64,000 bases of DNA from an uncultured Alphaproteobacteria bacterium (GCA_963774715.1 CAVZFX010000003.1:81824-145823); one strand, 5' to 3'; counted from the first letter of the stretch, positions 34,389-43,642 are shown. Translations and numbers: made by a program. The notes: generated by a model not told the origin, from the letters alone.

Positions 34389-36074
34389 ATGACGGAAATC
34401 TTCGACGTCATCATCGTTGGCGCCGGCGCGGCCGGCTGCGTGCTGGCAAACCGGTTGTCGGCGCGCTCGGCGACCCGCGTGCTGCTGCTCGAAGCGGGAC
34501 GCGATGCGCCACCCGGAGCTGAGCCCGCCGACATCCTCGATTCCTACCCGCGCTCTTATTACAACGACGCCTACTTCTGGCCCGAGCTGAAGGTGCATTG
34601 GCGGCGCCGGGACAATTCGCCGCTCACCGGGTATTCCCAAGGCCGCGTCATGGGCGGCGGCTCCTCGGTGATGGGAATGGTCGCCTATCGCGGCACGCCC
34701 GACGATTATGCCGAATGGCAGTCGTTCGGCGCCGCCGGCTGGGGCTGGGACGACGTCCTGCCGTTCTATCGTAAGCTCGAACACGATCTCGATTTCGATG
34801 GCGCGCTGCACGGCAAGGACGGCCCCGTGCCGATCCGCCGCACCAAATCGGTGGATTGGGCGCCGTTGGCCAAGGCGGTGCGTGCTTTCGCCGAGGAACG
34901 CCAAATTCCCTTCATCGCCGATATGAACGCCGATTTTCGCGACGGCTATGGCGGCGTGCCGATGAGCAACTCACCGGAAAGGCGCGCCTCGGCGGCGATC
35001 TGCTATCTCACCGCGGCGGTGCGTCGCCGCCCCAATCTGCGCATCGTCACCGAAGCCTTGGTGACCGGACTCTTGTTCGACGGCCATCGGGCGACCGGCG
35101 TGACGGCGAAAATTGCCGGCGAGACCACCGAATTTCACGGCCGGGAAATTATCGTCTCGCTCGGCGGCATTCACTCACCGGCCTTTCTCATGCGCGCCGG
35201 CTTGGGTTCGGCGGCGGCGTTGCGCGATCTTGGCATTGATGTGCGCGCCGATCTGCCGGGCGTCGGCGAGAACCTGTCCAATCACGCCATCATCTTCATC
35301 GGACTTTTGCAAAAGCCCGGTACGCGGCAATCCGAAAAAATCCGGCCGCATCCGATGGCGGCGTTTCGCTATTCCTCCGGCCTGCCCGGCGCGCCGGCGG
35401 CCGACATGTATCTTAATGTGCAGTGCAAAACGTCATGGAGCCCGCTCGGGCATCAAGTCGCCAATCTGGCGCCGTCGTTGCTCAAGCCGATGTCGCGCGG
35501 GCGTGTCTCGCTGGTCGACACCGATGCGGCGGCCTATCCGCGCGTCGAATTCAATTTCACTGGAGACGAGCTCGATCTCAAACGCTTCATGCTGGGCTTC
35601 CGTCGCTGTGTCGAGATTTTGGCCCATGACGCCGTGCGGGCGATGACGACGCTGACCTTCCCGGTGAAATTCAACGATCGGCTGCGGCGGCTCAACCGCA
35701 TAACGCCGGCCAACAAGATCAAGAGCGCCGCCATCGCCGCGCTGATCGACGCGGTGCCGCCGCTCGCGGCGCCGATTTTCGCCACTTTGGCCGACCGCCG
35801 TGTCGATCTCGCAAGGCTAGTCGAGGACGATGCGGCGCTGGCCGAGCACATCCGCGACAACGTCGCCGGCACGTTCCATCCGGTCGGGACCTGCCGCATG
35901 GGCGCCGTGGGAGATCGCAATGCGGTGACCGATTCGGCGGGCCGCGTTCACGCCATCGCGGGCTTGCGGGTCATCGACGCCTCGATCATGCCGACGATCC
36001 CGCGCGGCAACACCAATATTCCGACCATCATGGTGGCGGAAAAGCTTGCCGACGCGATGTTAAGCGGGATGTAG
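34389..36074 (+). CDS. GMC-family FAD oxidoreductase (choline dehydrogenase-like)
   Basis: FDVIIVGAGAAGCVLANRLS dinucleotide fold. The C-terminal HPVGTCRMG...LRVIDASIMP motif is the GMC signature. Confidence 0.9.
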   Translation: MTEIFDVIIVGAGAAGCVLANRLSARSATRVLLLEAGRDAPPGAEPADILDSYPRSYYNDAYFWPELKVHWRRRDNSPLTGYSQGRVMGGGSSVMGMVAYRGTPDDYAEWQSFGAAGWGWDDVLPFYRKLEHDLDFDGALHGKDGPVPIRRTKSVDWAPLAKAVRAFAEERQIPFIADMNADFRDGYGGVPMSNSPERRASAAICYLTAAVRRRPNLRIVTEALVTGLLFDGHRATGVTAKIAGETTEFHGREIIVSLGGIHSPAFLMRAGLGSAAALRDLGIDVRADLPGVGENLSNHAIIFIGLLQKPGTRQSEKIRPHPMAAFRYSSGLPGAPAADMYLNVQCKTSWSPLGHQVANLAPSLLKPMSRGRVSLVDTDAAAYPRVEFNFTGDELDLKRFMLGFRRCVEILAHDAVRAMTTLTFPVKFNDRLRRLNRITPANKIKSAAIAALIDAVPPLAAPIFATLADRRVDLARLVEDDAALAEHIRDNVAGTFHPVGTCRMGAVGDRNAVTDSAGRVHAIAGLRVIDASIMPTIPRGNTNIPTIMVAEKLADAMLSGM

Positions 36075-36467
36075 GCCGGTTTCCGGCGGGCGGGCTTCGC
36101 CACGCGGCACGCTGACGTAAATCCGGCCGTCGCGCACGGCGACCGGCACCGGCGTCAGCCGCACCGACGGGTCGCCCGGATGGCATCCGGTCGCCAGATC
36201 GAATTCGTAACCGTGCCACGGACACACGATGTGGCGTTGCTTGCCGAAGCGCAGCCCCGCACTCTTCTTGTCGGGCGTGATGATTTCCTCGACTTGATTG
36301 AAGATCTTGCCCTGACACACGGGGCCACCGGCATGGGGACAGACGTTCTCGTAGGCCAGCACCTTGCTTCCGGTGCGAAAGATGCCGACCTCGATATTGT
36401 CCAAGGCAAAGACCCGGTAATCGCCGTCGGCGATATCGGTCAGCTTGCTCACCGCGATTTCGTCCAT
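36060..36467 (-). CDS. Small Rieske [2Fe-2S] domain protein
   Basis: CPHAGGP...17 aa...CPWHGYEF Rieske ligands. GAAGGGG RBS before ATG 36467. Confidence 0.85.
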   Translation of the reverse strand: MDEIAVSKLTDIADGDYRVFALDNIEVGIFRTGSKVLAYENVCPHAGGPVCQGKIFNQVEEIITPDKKSAGLRFGKQRHIVCPWHGYEFDLATGCHPGDPSVRLTPVPVAVRDGRIYVSVPRGEARPPETGLHPA

Positions 36468-36481
36468 TGCTCGATACCCCT

Positions 36482-36832
36482 TCACTCTATTCCTGGCGGG
36501 CGATGGAACCAGATCGCCACGTCGAACATGTTGAGGTCGGCGGCGCGGATCAGACCGCACGCCGTGACGACCGTTTCCGTCGCCGTCACCGTGCCGGGCG
36601 CGAATGGCGCCACGTCATGGCCGCGGCGCTCCACTTTGGCGGCATAAACCTTTACCGCCGCGGTAAGCACCTGCTGCAGCGTCGTGTCCGAAATCGCGTC
36701 AGGTTCGCCGCGTTGGAGTGCGCCGCGGGCCACGGTGCAGAAATCCGCCGCAGCGCCACGACGGTGCGCGGGCCTGCGGGTCGGCTTGTGGCTCGATTTG
36801 GCGGCGCGCTTGGCCGCTTTCACTTTACGCAC
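36482..36832 (-). CDS. Hypothetical protein with a very basic N-terminus, between the amidohydrolase and Rieske genes
   Basis: GTG start 6 nt after the amidohydrolase stop, and the stop is 14 nt before the Rieske start (operon spacing). No family recognised and the start is uncertain. Confidence 0.45.
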   Translation of the reverse strand: MRKVKAAKRAAKSSHKPTRRPAHRRGAAADFCTVARGALQRGEPDAISDTTLQQVLTAAVKVYAAKVERRGHDVAPFAPGTVTATETVVTACGLIRAADLNMFDVAIWFHRPPGIE

Positions 36833-36838
36833 CGCAGT

Positions 36839-38143
36839 TCAGGCCGTCACCGGCACGCGACCGGCGGGCGCCTTCTTGGTCTTGGGCCTGAACAGCTTGT
36901 GCTTCGGAACGTCGAGCTTGAACAGCTTGGCCGCGTTAAAGCCCAAAATATTGCGCTTGGCCTGTTCGTCGAGGAACGGCAGCGTCGTGATCGAGCTCGG
37001 CAAATCGAAGTCCCAATGCGGCCAGTCGGAGGCGAACAGCAGCTGGGTTTCCGCCTTGATGGCTTTGAAGGTCGCTTCGGTCAGATCCATGTTCGAGCGT
37101 TCCAGCGGCTGGCTGGTGAAATACATGTCCTGGATGTATTCGCTCGGCCGGCGCTTGAGCAGCGGCGCCTCGGAGGACCGCATCATGTATTCGGAATCGA
37201 GCCGTTGCATCAGGAACGGCACCCAGGCGAGCCCGCTCTCGATCCATAAGACTTTGAGCTTGGGGAAACGCTCCGGCAGGCCGTTGATGATCCAGTTGGT
37301 CAGATGAATGATGTTGTAATAGACGAACGAGATCGAGTGCATGGAGATGAAGCGATTGCACTGCTGCATCGACTGGTCGCCCCAGTGGAAGCCGGAATGG
37401 AATGCGAGCGGCTTGCCGGTTGCCTGGATGGCGGAATAGAGCGGCATGTAGCTGTCATGATTGACGGCGCGGAACCGTGTTGAGGTCACCGAAAAACCGA
37501 TGACGCTCGGATTGTCGGCATAGCGCTCGACCGCCTTCAGGCTCTCCTCGGGATGATTGAACGGGAGGTACAGCATGGCCTTGATGCGCTGGTCCTGCGG
37601 CAGGATTTCCTCGGCCAGCCATTTGTTGAAGGCGTTGCCGATCACGACTTCCATCTCGATCTGCGGATGCATGCCGAGCACCAGCATCGGGGTAGGAAAC
37701 ACCACCATGTAGTCGACGCCCATCGAATCCATGGCGCGCTGCACCAGCGTCACCTGCGCGTGGGTGCGGCCGCCCGGCACGGCTTCGGCGAGCCGCTGCT
37801 GGTGCGGGATGCGGCCGAACACGTCCTGATGCAAAAATCCTGGCGTCGCATTGAGAAGTCCCGGCGCCGCGCCGCGATCCTTGAACGCGCGCGCCATCTG
37901 CCGGTAGACGTCGCTATCCATGCGGTCGACGACCTCCGACCAGAACGCGGTCTCGGTGACGTGGGCATCGACGTCGACAATGAAGTAATTCTCCGCACGC
38001 GCCTCCTTGGCGGCGTGGGCGAGAATCTCGCGTGTATCGGTTTGAATGGTGATTTTCGGCAGTTCGCTGACGCGCGAAGGTTTCTTTTTGCCGTTGCCGC
38101 CGTTTTTCCCATTTTTTCCTTGGCGCGGTGTCTTGGTCAGCAT
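36839..38143 (-). CDS. Amidohydrolase-2-family metal-dependent hydrolase/decarboxylase
   Basis: FIVDVDAHVTE (HxH-like metal site region) and WPHWDFD near the C-terminus, typical of the ACMSD/LigW-type amidohydrolase_2 fold. Lys/Gly-rich N-terminal extension. Confidence 0.8.
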   Translation of the reverse strand: MLTKTPRQGKNGKNGGNGKKKPSRVSELPKITIQTDTREILAHAAKEARAENYFIVDVDAHVTETAFWSEVVDRMDSDVYRQMARAFKDRGAAPGLLNATPGFLHQDVFGRIPHQQRLAEAVPGGRTHAQVTLVQRAMDSMGVDYMVVFPTPMLVLGMHPQIEMEVVIGNAFNKWLAEEILPQDQRIKAMLYLPFNHPEESLKAVERYADNPSVIGFSVTSTRFRAVNHDSYMPLYSAIQATGKPLAFHSGFHWGDQSMQQCNRFISMHSISFVYYNIIHLTNWIINGLPERFPKLKVLWIESGLAWVPFLMQRLDSEYMMRSSEAPLLKRRPSEYIQDMYFTSQPLERSNMDLTEATFKAIKAETQLLFASDWPHWDFDLPSSITTLPFLDEQAKRNILGFNAAKLFKLDVPKHKLFRPKTKKAPAGRVPVTA

Positions 38144-38315
38144 CGGCTTCCTCCACTTTGGAGCGGGCGCATCGTCGCGCCATTGTCTGTTGGCGAAAGA
38201 CTACCAGCAATCCTCCGCGCTGCACATCTCACCCGGTCGGTTGCTCGCCAGCGACAGGGAATGCTAGGAAATATCTGAATCAACCTCTATTTCTCGGTTT
38301 CGCTGCGTACCCGCC

Positions 38316-39170
38316 ATGAAGCTTCCGTCCTTCGACTACGCCTGCCCCGCAAGCATTGCCGAAGCGGTGGCGCTGCTGGCGTCGACTAACGGCGAAGCCA
38401 AGCTTTTGGCCGGCGGCCAGTCATTGGTGCCCATGCTGGCGTTTCGCGTGGCTTCACCTGCGCTCCTGGTCGATCTGCGTAAACTGTCCGATTTGCGGCA
38501 GATCACGATCAAGGACGGCGCCGTTAGTCTTGGCGCCATGGTGCGCTGGCGCGATATTCTCGAGCATCCACACCTGTCCGCGGCTCACCCACTGTTGGTG
38601 CGGGCTGTGGAGCATGTCGGGCACTACCAAATTCGCAACAGAGGCACGGTCGGCGGCAGCCTGGCGCATGCCGATCCGGCTGCGGAGTTGCCGGCCATCG
38701 CCGTCACCTGCGACGCCAGGATCGCCGCTATCGGCAAAGCCGGCGAGCGGGTCATCGCGGCCAAGGATTTCTTTCGCGGTCCACTGACCACCGCTCTGAC
38801 GTCCGACGAGATCATTACTGAACTTCGCTTTCCGGCGTGGCCTGCGAAGCGGCGCTTCGGTTTTTGTGAATTCGCGCGCCGCCACGGCGATTTTGCCCTG
38901 GCGGGTGCGGCTGTGTTCCATGACGAAGATGGCGGCACGGTTGCGAATGCCCATGTCGGCGCGTTGGGCGTCTCCGACCGGCCGTTGCGTCTTGGCGCCG
39001 TGGAAGAGGCTCTCAACGGCAAACCGATCGACGAGGCGACCATCGCGCAAGCGGAGGCCAAGGCCTCGGCGGCTGTCGATCCGCCCGACGATATTCATGC
39101 CACCGGGGCTTATCGCAAGACGCTGATCGGCGTCATGGTCGCGCGCGCTTTGCACAGTGCGCTGTCGTGA
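38316..39170 (+). CDS. FAD-binding medium subunit of the xanthine dehydrogenase/CO dehydrogenase family (CoxM-like)
   Basis: 284 aa. LLAGGQSLVPMLAFR and IRNRGTVGGSLAHADPAAELP are characteristic FAD_binding_5 motifs. Confidence 0.85.
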   Translation: MKLPSFDYACPASIAEAVALLASTNGEAKLLAGGQSLVPMLAFRVASPALLVDLRKLSDLRQITIKDGAVSLGAMVRWRDILEHPHLSAAHPLLVRAVEHVGHYQIRNRGTVGGSLAHADPAAELPAIAVTCDARIAAIGKAGERVIAAKDFFRGPLTTALTSDEIITELRFPAWPAKRRFGFCEFARRHGDFALAGAAVFHDEDGGTVANAHVGALGVSDRPLRLGAVEEALNGKPIDEATIAQAEAKASAAVDPPDDIHATGAYRKTLIGVMVARALHSALS

Positions 39171-39202
39171 TTTGTAATTTCAAGACGTCACGGGAGGAGC
39201 TT

Positions 39203-39733
39203 ATGAGTGTCGCCCGACATCCGCGTCCCAAGGACCTCGAAGGCGTTTCGCTTGAAGAGATCATGACGAAATATGTCGGCCGCTTCAAAGACAAGAAGCC
39301 GGATTGGGCCGCCTTCGAGGACGCCAAGATCGAAGGATTCAAGCGCGCCCAGCACCGCTTCATCGGCGCCGGCGGTTCCGGCAAGCACGGCGACCCGACG
39401 GCGATCCCGGCCGGCAACTTCACGCTCTCGATCATGTATGTCGAACCCGGCCAGGGCAACGCCGCGCATACCCACGAAGTCGAGGAATGCTTTTTCGTCC
39501 TTGACGGCTATCTCGATGTCTTTGTTGAGGACGACAGCGGCAAGCGGCTGACCACGCGGCTCGGCCCGTGGGAATGCATCGCGTGCCCCGCCGGCGTCAT
39601 TCACGGCTACCAGAACGATTCGCTTGCGCCGGTCTATTTCCAAGTCATGCTCGGCCGCGGCAAGCCGGAGACGATGGGCTATGCCGACGACGAACTCTTC
39701 AAGCGCAAGGATGCGCATCTCAAGGCGGTGTAA
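39203..39733 (+). CDS. Cupin-domain protein
   Basis: GNAAHTHEVEECFFVLDG...GVIHGYQN cupin motifs. GGGAGGAG RBS before ATG 39203. Confidence 0.8.
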   Translation: MSVARHPRPKDLEGVSLEEIMTKYVGRFKDKKPDWAAFEDAKIEGFKRAQHRFIGAGGSGKHGDPTAIPAGNFTLSIMYVEPGQGNAAHTHEVEECFFVLDGYLDVFVEDDSGKRLTTRLGPWECIACPAGVIHGYQNDSLAPVYFQVMLGRGKPETMGYADDELFKRKDAHLKAV

Positions 39734-40537
39734 ATGACTATGTCACTCGACGAAGTACGTTATGAGCTCGCACTCGCTAATCGCATTATCGCCCATGAGG
39801 GCGTGCTCGACGGTTTCGGGCATGTCAGCGTGCGCCATCCCGACGATCCGGGACGCTATTTCTTGGCGCGGTCGCGCAGTCCGGAGCTGATCGAGCCCTC
39901 GGACCTCCTCGAATTCACCCTCGATTCCGAACCGGTGAAGCCGCCCAAGGGCGAGATGTACGGCGAACGGGTGATCCACGGCTGCATTTACCAGGCGCGG
40001 CCGGACGTGAACGCCGTATGCCATCACCACTCGCATGCGGTGCTGCCGTTCTGCGTGACCGGCGTCGCGCTCGAGCCGGTGTTCCACATGGGCCCGGTCA
40101 TGGGTCAGGTGGTGCCGATGTGGGATAGCCGCGATGAGTTCGGCGACACCGATCTCATGGTGGTCAAGCCGGAGGAGGGCCGTTCGCTGGCGCGGACGCT
40201 CGGCCCGAACTGGATGGTGCTGATGGCGCGCCACGGCGCCACCGTCGCCGGTCGGACGTTGCGCGAACTGGTCTTCCGCACCGTCTATTCGCACGCCAAT
40301 GCGGAAATCCAGTTGCGTTCGATGGCGATCGGCAAGATCGGCGCTTTGAACGCCACGGAACGGCAGCGCGCCGAGCCGCGCCAGCTGCAGCCGCGGCCGA
40401 TGGCGCGGGCGTGGGAATATTGGACGACGCGTTTGCAGAAGGCTGGCGGCCTGCCGCCTGCGGCGAAATCACGGACATCCGGGCCGAGATCGAAGAAGCG
40501 CGTCAGTAAGGGCCGCGCGAAGCGATCGCGGCGATGA
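39734..40537 (+). CDS. Class II aldolase/adducin-family protein with a basic C-terminal tail
   Basis: GFGHVSVRHPD and CHHHSHAVLPF metal-site motifs. Confidence 0.85.
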   Translation: MTMSLDEVRYELALANRIIAHEGVLDGFGHVSVRHPDDPGRYFLARSRSPELIEPSDLLEFTLDSEPVKPPKGEMYGERVIHGCIYQARPDVNAVCHHHSHAVLPFCVTGVALEPVFHMGPVMGQVVPMWDSRDEFGDTDLMVVKPEEGRSLARTLGPNWMVLMARHGATVAGRTLRELVFRTVYSHANAEIQLRSMAIGKIGALNATERQRAEPRQLQPRPMARAWEYWTTRLQKAGGLPPAAKSRTSGPRSKKRVSKGRAKRSRR

Positions 40538-40859
40538 CCTTGTTCAACTGATCGATGCGTGCGGTATAGACCTTGGCCAGACAGGCGACGTTGCGACCGC
40601 AGCCGTCGCGATTTTTGAGAAACTCCGCCTGCGCGTCGCCGATGTCGCCGCGCTGGCCCATCGCCACCAATGATGTTGCCACGCTGTAAAGCGTTGCCAT
40701 CCGCGCCTCCGCCTGACCCAGCGCGTAAGTCTTGCAGATCGTGATTTCGGCGGCCGTTTTCGCTTTGCTGCAGTTAAGCGGCGCGTAATCGGCGGCGATG
40801 GCCGGCCACGGGCCGCCCAAGATGCAGAGGCCGATTGCCGCCATCAGCGAGCGCTTCAT
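40503..40859 (-). CDS. Secreted DUF1311/LprI-like (lysozyme-inhibitor-like) protein
   Basis: Signal peptide. The pattern C..A.T..E..IC....L...D..L, ending Y..RI..L, is typical of DUF1311. Confidence 0.7.
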   Translation of the reverse strand: MKRSLMAAIGLCILGGPWPAIAADYAPLNCSKAKTAAEITICKTYALGQAEARMATLYSVATSLVAMGQRGDIGDAQAEFLKNRDGCGRNVACLAKVYTARIDQLNKVIAAIASRGPY

Positions 40860-40871
40860 TGAGCCCCCCCG

Positions 40872-41849
40872 TTATCCGAAGGTCGGCACGAAGAGCTTCT
40901 CGATCGGGATGGGCTCCGCGATCAGGCCCTGCTCGACCATATAGCTGACCAGGGCTTCAAGCGTCGGCCGGTTCGGCTCGACGCCATAGGGCCAGCAATC
41001 GCCGCCGAATAACTCGTCGATCTCCTCGATGTCGTCGGGCAGCCACGGCAGCATGTAGCGCAGCGTGCCGGGGAAGCGCATTTTCTCGCGCGCCCAGTCC
41101 TTGGCGGCGTCGAAGGCGTTGTACAGGCTGGTCGCCACGAAGGGATGCTGCTCATAGATGTCGTTGCGGATCACGACCAGGTGCATGATCGGGAAAATCT
41201 TGGTGCGGCGGTAGTAGTCCTTCTCGCGCGCCCGGTAGTCCGGAAACAGCCGCACCACGTCGGGATGGCGCTTGAGCGAGCGCGGCAGGTTCGAGCCGAT
41301 GATGGCGTGAATTTCGCCTGCGGCGAGGAGGTCGCTCAAGGACTTGCCGCTCTGGTTCGGCGTGACCTTGATCGGCTTGAGGAGCGGCATCACCGAGGGA
41401 TTGCCGTAGGCGCCGGGCTCGTTCACCGCGCCCTGCACCCACTCGATGGTCGAGAGGTCGACGCCGAGGTCATGCTGCATCAGGCCGCGGACGAAAATCG
41501 CCGCCGTCTGGGTGTAAAGCGGCACGCCGATGCGCTTGCCGGCGAGGTCTTTTGCCGACGTGATGAACTTTCGGTTAACGACGATGAAGCCGTGCCGGAA
41601 GACGCGCGAGGCAAACACCGGCAGCGCCACAAAAGGCAGCTTCTTGGCCGCGTAGCGGCTGACGAATTCCGAGCTCGACATTTCGCAAGCGTCGAACTCC
41701 AGCCGGTTCGACATGCGGTCGAAAATCTCCCGCGGATTGTCGATAGCGATGAAGTTAAGGTCGATGCCGTCGGGTTTGATGTCGCCGGTTTGCAGCGCCA
41801 GCATGCGGTCGTAGAGACCGCAGGCGAATGTCATCGGCAGGTCAGGCAT
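40872..41849 (-). CDS. 4,5-dihydroxyphthalate decarboxylase-like / periplasmic-binding-fold protein
   Basis: 325 aa with no signal peptide. The N-terminal pattern DGIDLNFIAID...FDRM...EFDACEMS resembles PhtD-family proteins. The assignment is from memory. Confidence 0.65.
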   Translation of the reverse strand: MPDLPMTFACGLYDRMLALQTGDIKPDGIDLNFIAIDNPREIFDRMSNRLEFDACEMSSSEFVSRYAAKKLPFVALPVFASRVFRHGFIVVNRKFITSAKDLAGKRIGVPLYTQTAAIFVRGLMQHDLGVDLSTIEWVQGAVNEPGAYGNPSVMPLLKPIKVTPNQSGKSLSDLLAAGEIHAIIGSNLPRSLKRHPDVVRLFPDYRAREKDYYRRTKIFPIMHLVVIRNDIYEQHPFVATSLYNAFDAAKDWAREKMRFPGTLRYMLPWLPDDIEEIDELFGGDCWPYGVEPNRPTLEALVSYMVEQGLIAEPIPIEKLFVPTFG

Positions 41850-42469
41850 CGCGGCACCTCGCAGTGAGCTTTAAGGACAAGACGCGCGCACTATCGCACA
41901 CCGCGCGAGGAGTGAAAGCGGCGCGTGCGGCCCGCTCGCGAGCGACGCGGCCGGAAAAAATTCGCGGCGCGTGACGAATTTTCTTGCAATGCGTTTGCGA
42001 TGCGCTTATGTGCCGCTCGCCCAAATTCGCACGTGCCTGTGGCCGTGTGTCGATCGGTAGGCATCCGGACAAGAGGCCGGACAGTCGCCTGAGGTTCGAA
42101 AGTTTACGAGCCTCACACCATGATCGGCAGCCGGAGGCGAAACCGGCGCACCCCGCGCTCAACGGGGGACGCGGCTTAAAGCAACGACGGAGCGGGCTTT
42201 TTTGGTTGGCCGTCCAAAGGTCAGCACCGAAGAGGCTTGTCCATCTTGTCTTGCCGGCCGTGCGGAACGGGTTCTCCCGCTCCAATCCAAGGCAGCATCT
42301 CGGCTTAAGCGTCACGTGTCTGCACCGTGTCCCCAACGCACGGTCCGACGCCGAAGCGCTGCAGCCGCTGACGCCGGTCGTGCGCGCGCAAGCGCGCGCG
42401 GCTGAATTTCAACGCGGGCCAGCCGGCGCCAAAGCCGCTTGGCCCCTTGAACTGGAAAGGAGCGCGCCA
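41850..42469 (+). promoter_or_regulatory. 620-nt non-coding leader upstream of ornithine decarboxylase; candidate speF-type RNA element
   Basis: No credible CDS. Corbino et al. 2005 described a conserved 'speF' RNA motif upstream of ornithine decarboxylase genes in alphaproteobacteria. I cannot verify the covariation model by eye. Confidence 0.3.
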
Positions 42470-43612
42470 ATGACCGAGCGCATCCACGACTTTCTGCGCC
42501 GCCGCCGCGAAGAGGGGCTGGACGATGGTCCCTGCCTCGTCGTCGATCTCGACGTCGTGCGCGACAACTATGGTGCCTTTGCCAAGGCCTTGCCCGATAG
42601 CCGGGTGTTTTATGCCGTGAAGGCAAACCCGGCGCCGGAGCTCTTGTCGCTTCTGGTCTCGCTTGGCTCCTGCTTCGACACCGCCTCGGTCGCCGAGATC
42701 GAGATGGTGCTCGCCGCCGGGGCCGCCGCCGAGCGCATCTCCTTCGGCAATACCATCAAGAAGGAGCGCGACATCGCGCGCGCGTTCGCGCTCGGCGTCC
42801 GCCTGTTCGCGGTCGACTGCAAGGCCGAGGTGGAGAAGATCGCCCGCGCCGCTCCCGGCGCCAAGGTGTTCTGCCGCTTCCTGTTCGGCTGCGCCGGCGC
42901 CGAATGGCCGCTGTCGCGGAAATTCGGCTGCGATCCGGAGATGGCGGTCGAGGTGCTCGAGCATGCCCACAAGCTCGGGCTTGAGGCGGCCGGCGTGTCG
43001 TTTCATGTCGGCTCGCAGCAGCGCCGCACCGCGGCCTGGGACGAAGCGCTGAAGTCGGCCTCGGCGATCTTTCGCGCCTGTGCCGACCGCGGCATCAACC
43101 TGTCGATGGTCAATCTCGGCGGCGGCTTTCCGACCAAATACCTGCGCGACGTGCCGGCGGTCGAGGCCTATGGGCGCTCGATCTTCCGCGCCTTGCGCAA
43201 GCATTTCGGCAACGCCATCCCGGAGACCATCATCGAGCCGGGACGCGGCATGGTCGGGAATGCCGGCCTGATCGAGGCCGAGGTCGTGCTGGTCTCGAAC
43301 AAGAGCGAGCACGATCACGTGCGGTGGGTCTATCTCGACATCGGCAAATTCGGTGGCTTGGCCGAAACCATGGGTGAGTCGATCCGCTACCCGATCAAGA
43401 CGCCGCACGACGGCGACGAGGTCGGCCCTTGCGTGCTGGCCGGCCCGACCTGCGACTCAGCCGACGTGCTCTACGAGAAGCGGCCTTACGATCTGCCGAT
43501 CAGCTTGGAGATCGGCGACAAGGTGCTGATCGAAGGCACCGGCGCCTATACCGCGACCTATGCAGCGGTGGCCTTCAACGGCTTCCAGCCGCTGCAGACC
43601 TTCCACATCTGA
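42470..43612 (+). CDS. Ornithine (or Orn/Lys) decarboxylase, alanine-racemase-fold PLP enzyme
   Basis: FYAVKANP (PLP Lys), HVGSQ, GGGF, and the CDSAD C-terminal motif. GGAAAGGAG RBS before ATG 42470. Confidence 0.92.
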   Translation: MTERIHDFLRRRREEGLDDGPCLVVDLDVVRDNYGAFAKALPDSRVFYAVKANPAPELLSLLVSLGSCFDTASVAEIEMVLAAGAAAERISFGNTIKKERDIARAFALGVRLFAVDCKAEVEKIARAAPGAKVFCRFLFGCAGAEWPLSRKFGCDPEMAVEVLEHAHKLGLEAAGVSFHVGSQQRRTAAWDEALKSASAIFRACADRGINLSMVNLGGGFPTKYLRDVPAVEAYGRSIFRALRKHFGNAIPETIIEPGRGMVGNAGLIEAEVVLVSNKSEHDHVRWVYLDIGKFGGLAETMGESIRYPIKTPHDGDEVGPCVLAGPTCDSADVLYEKRPYDLPISLEIGDKVLIEGTGAYTATYAAVAFNGFQPLQTFHI

Positions 43613-43642
43613 CCCCTCTTGCTCCGGCAACCCCCACCCTAA

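Noticed and set aside
40503-40537. 35-nt 3'-end overlap of the convergent class II aldolase and DUF1311 genes, and a 15-nt overlap at 36060-36074 between the GMC and Rieske genes.
   Set aside because: Short convergent overlaps are common in compact high-GC genomes. The basic tail of the aldolase may simply be a read-through into the neighbour's 3' end. There is no evidence of regulatory significance.
41984-42469. 162-codon N-terminal extension of the ornithine decarboxylase ORF.
   Set aside because: The extension has no decarboxylase-like sequence and odd composition (Arg/Pro/Ser-rich). The conserved enzyme starts at ATG 42470, which has a strong GGAAAGGAG RBS. The region is treated as a non-coding leader.
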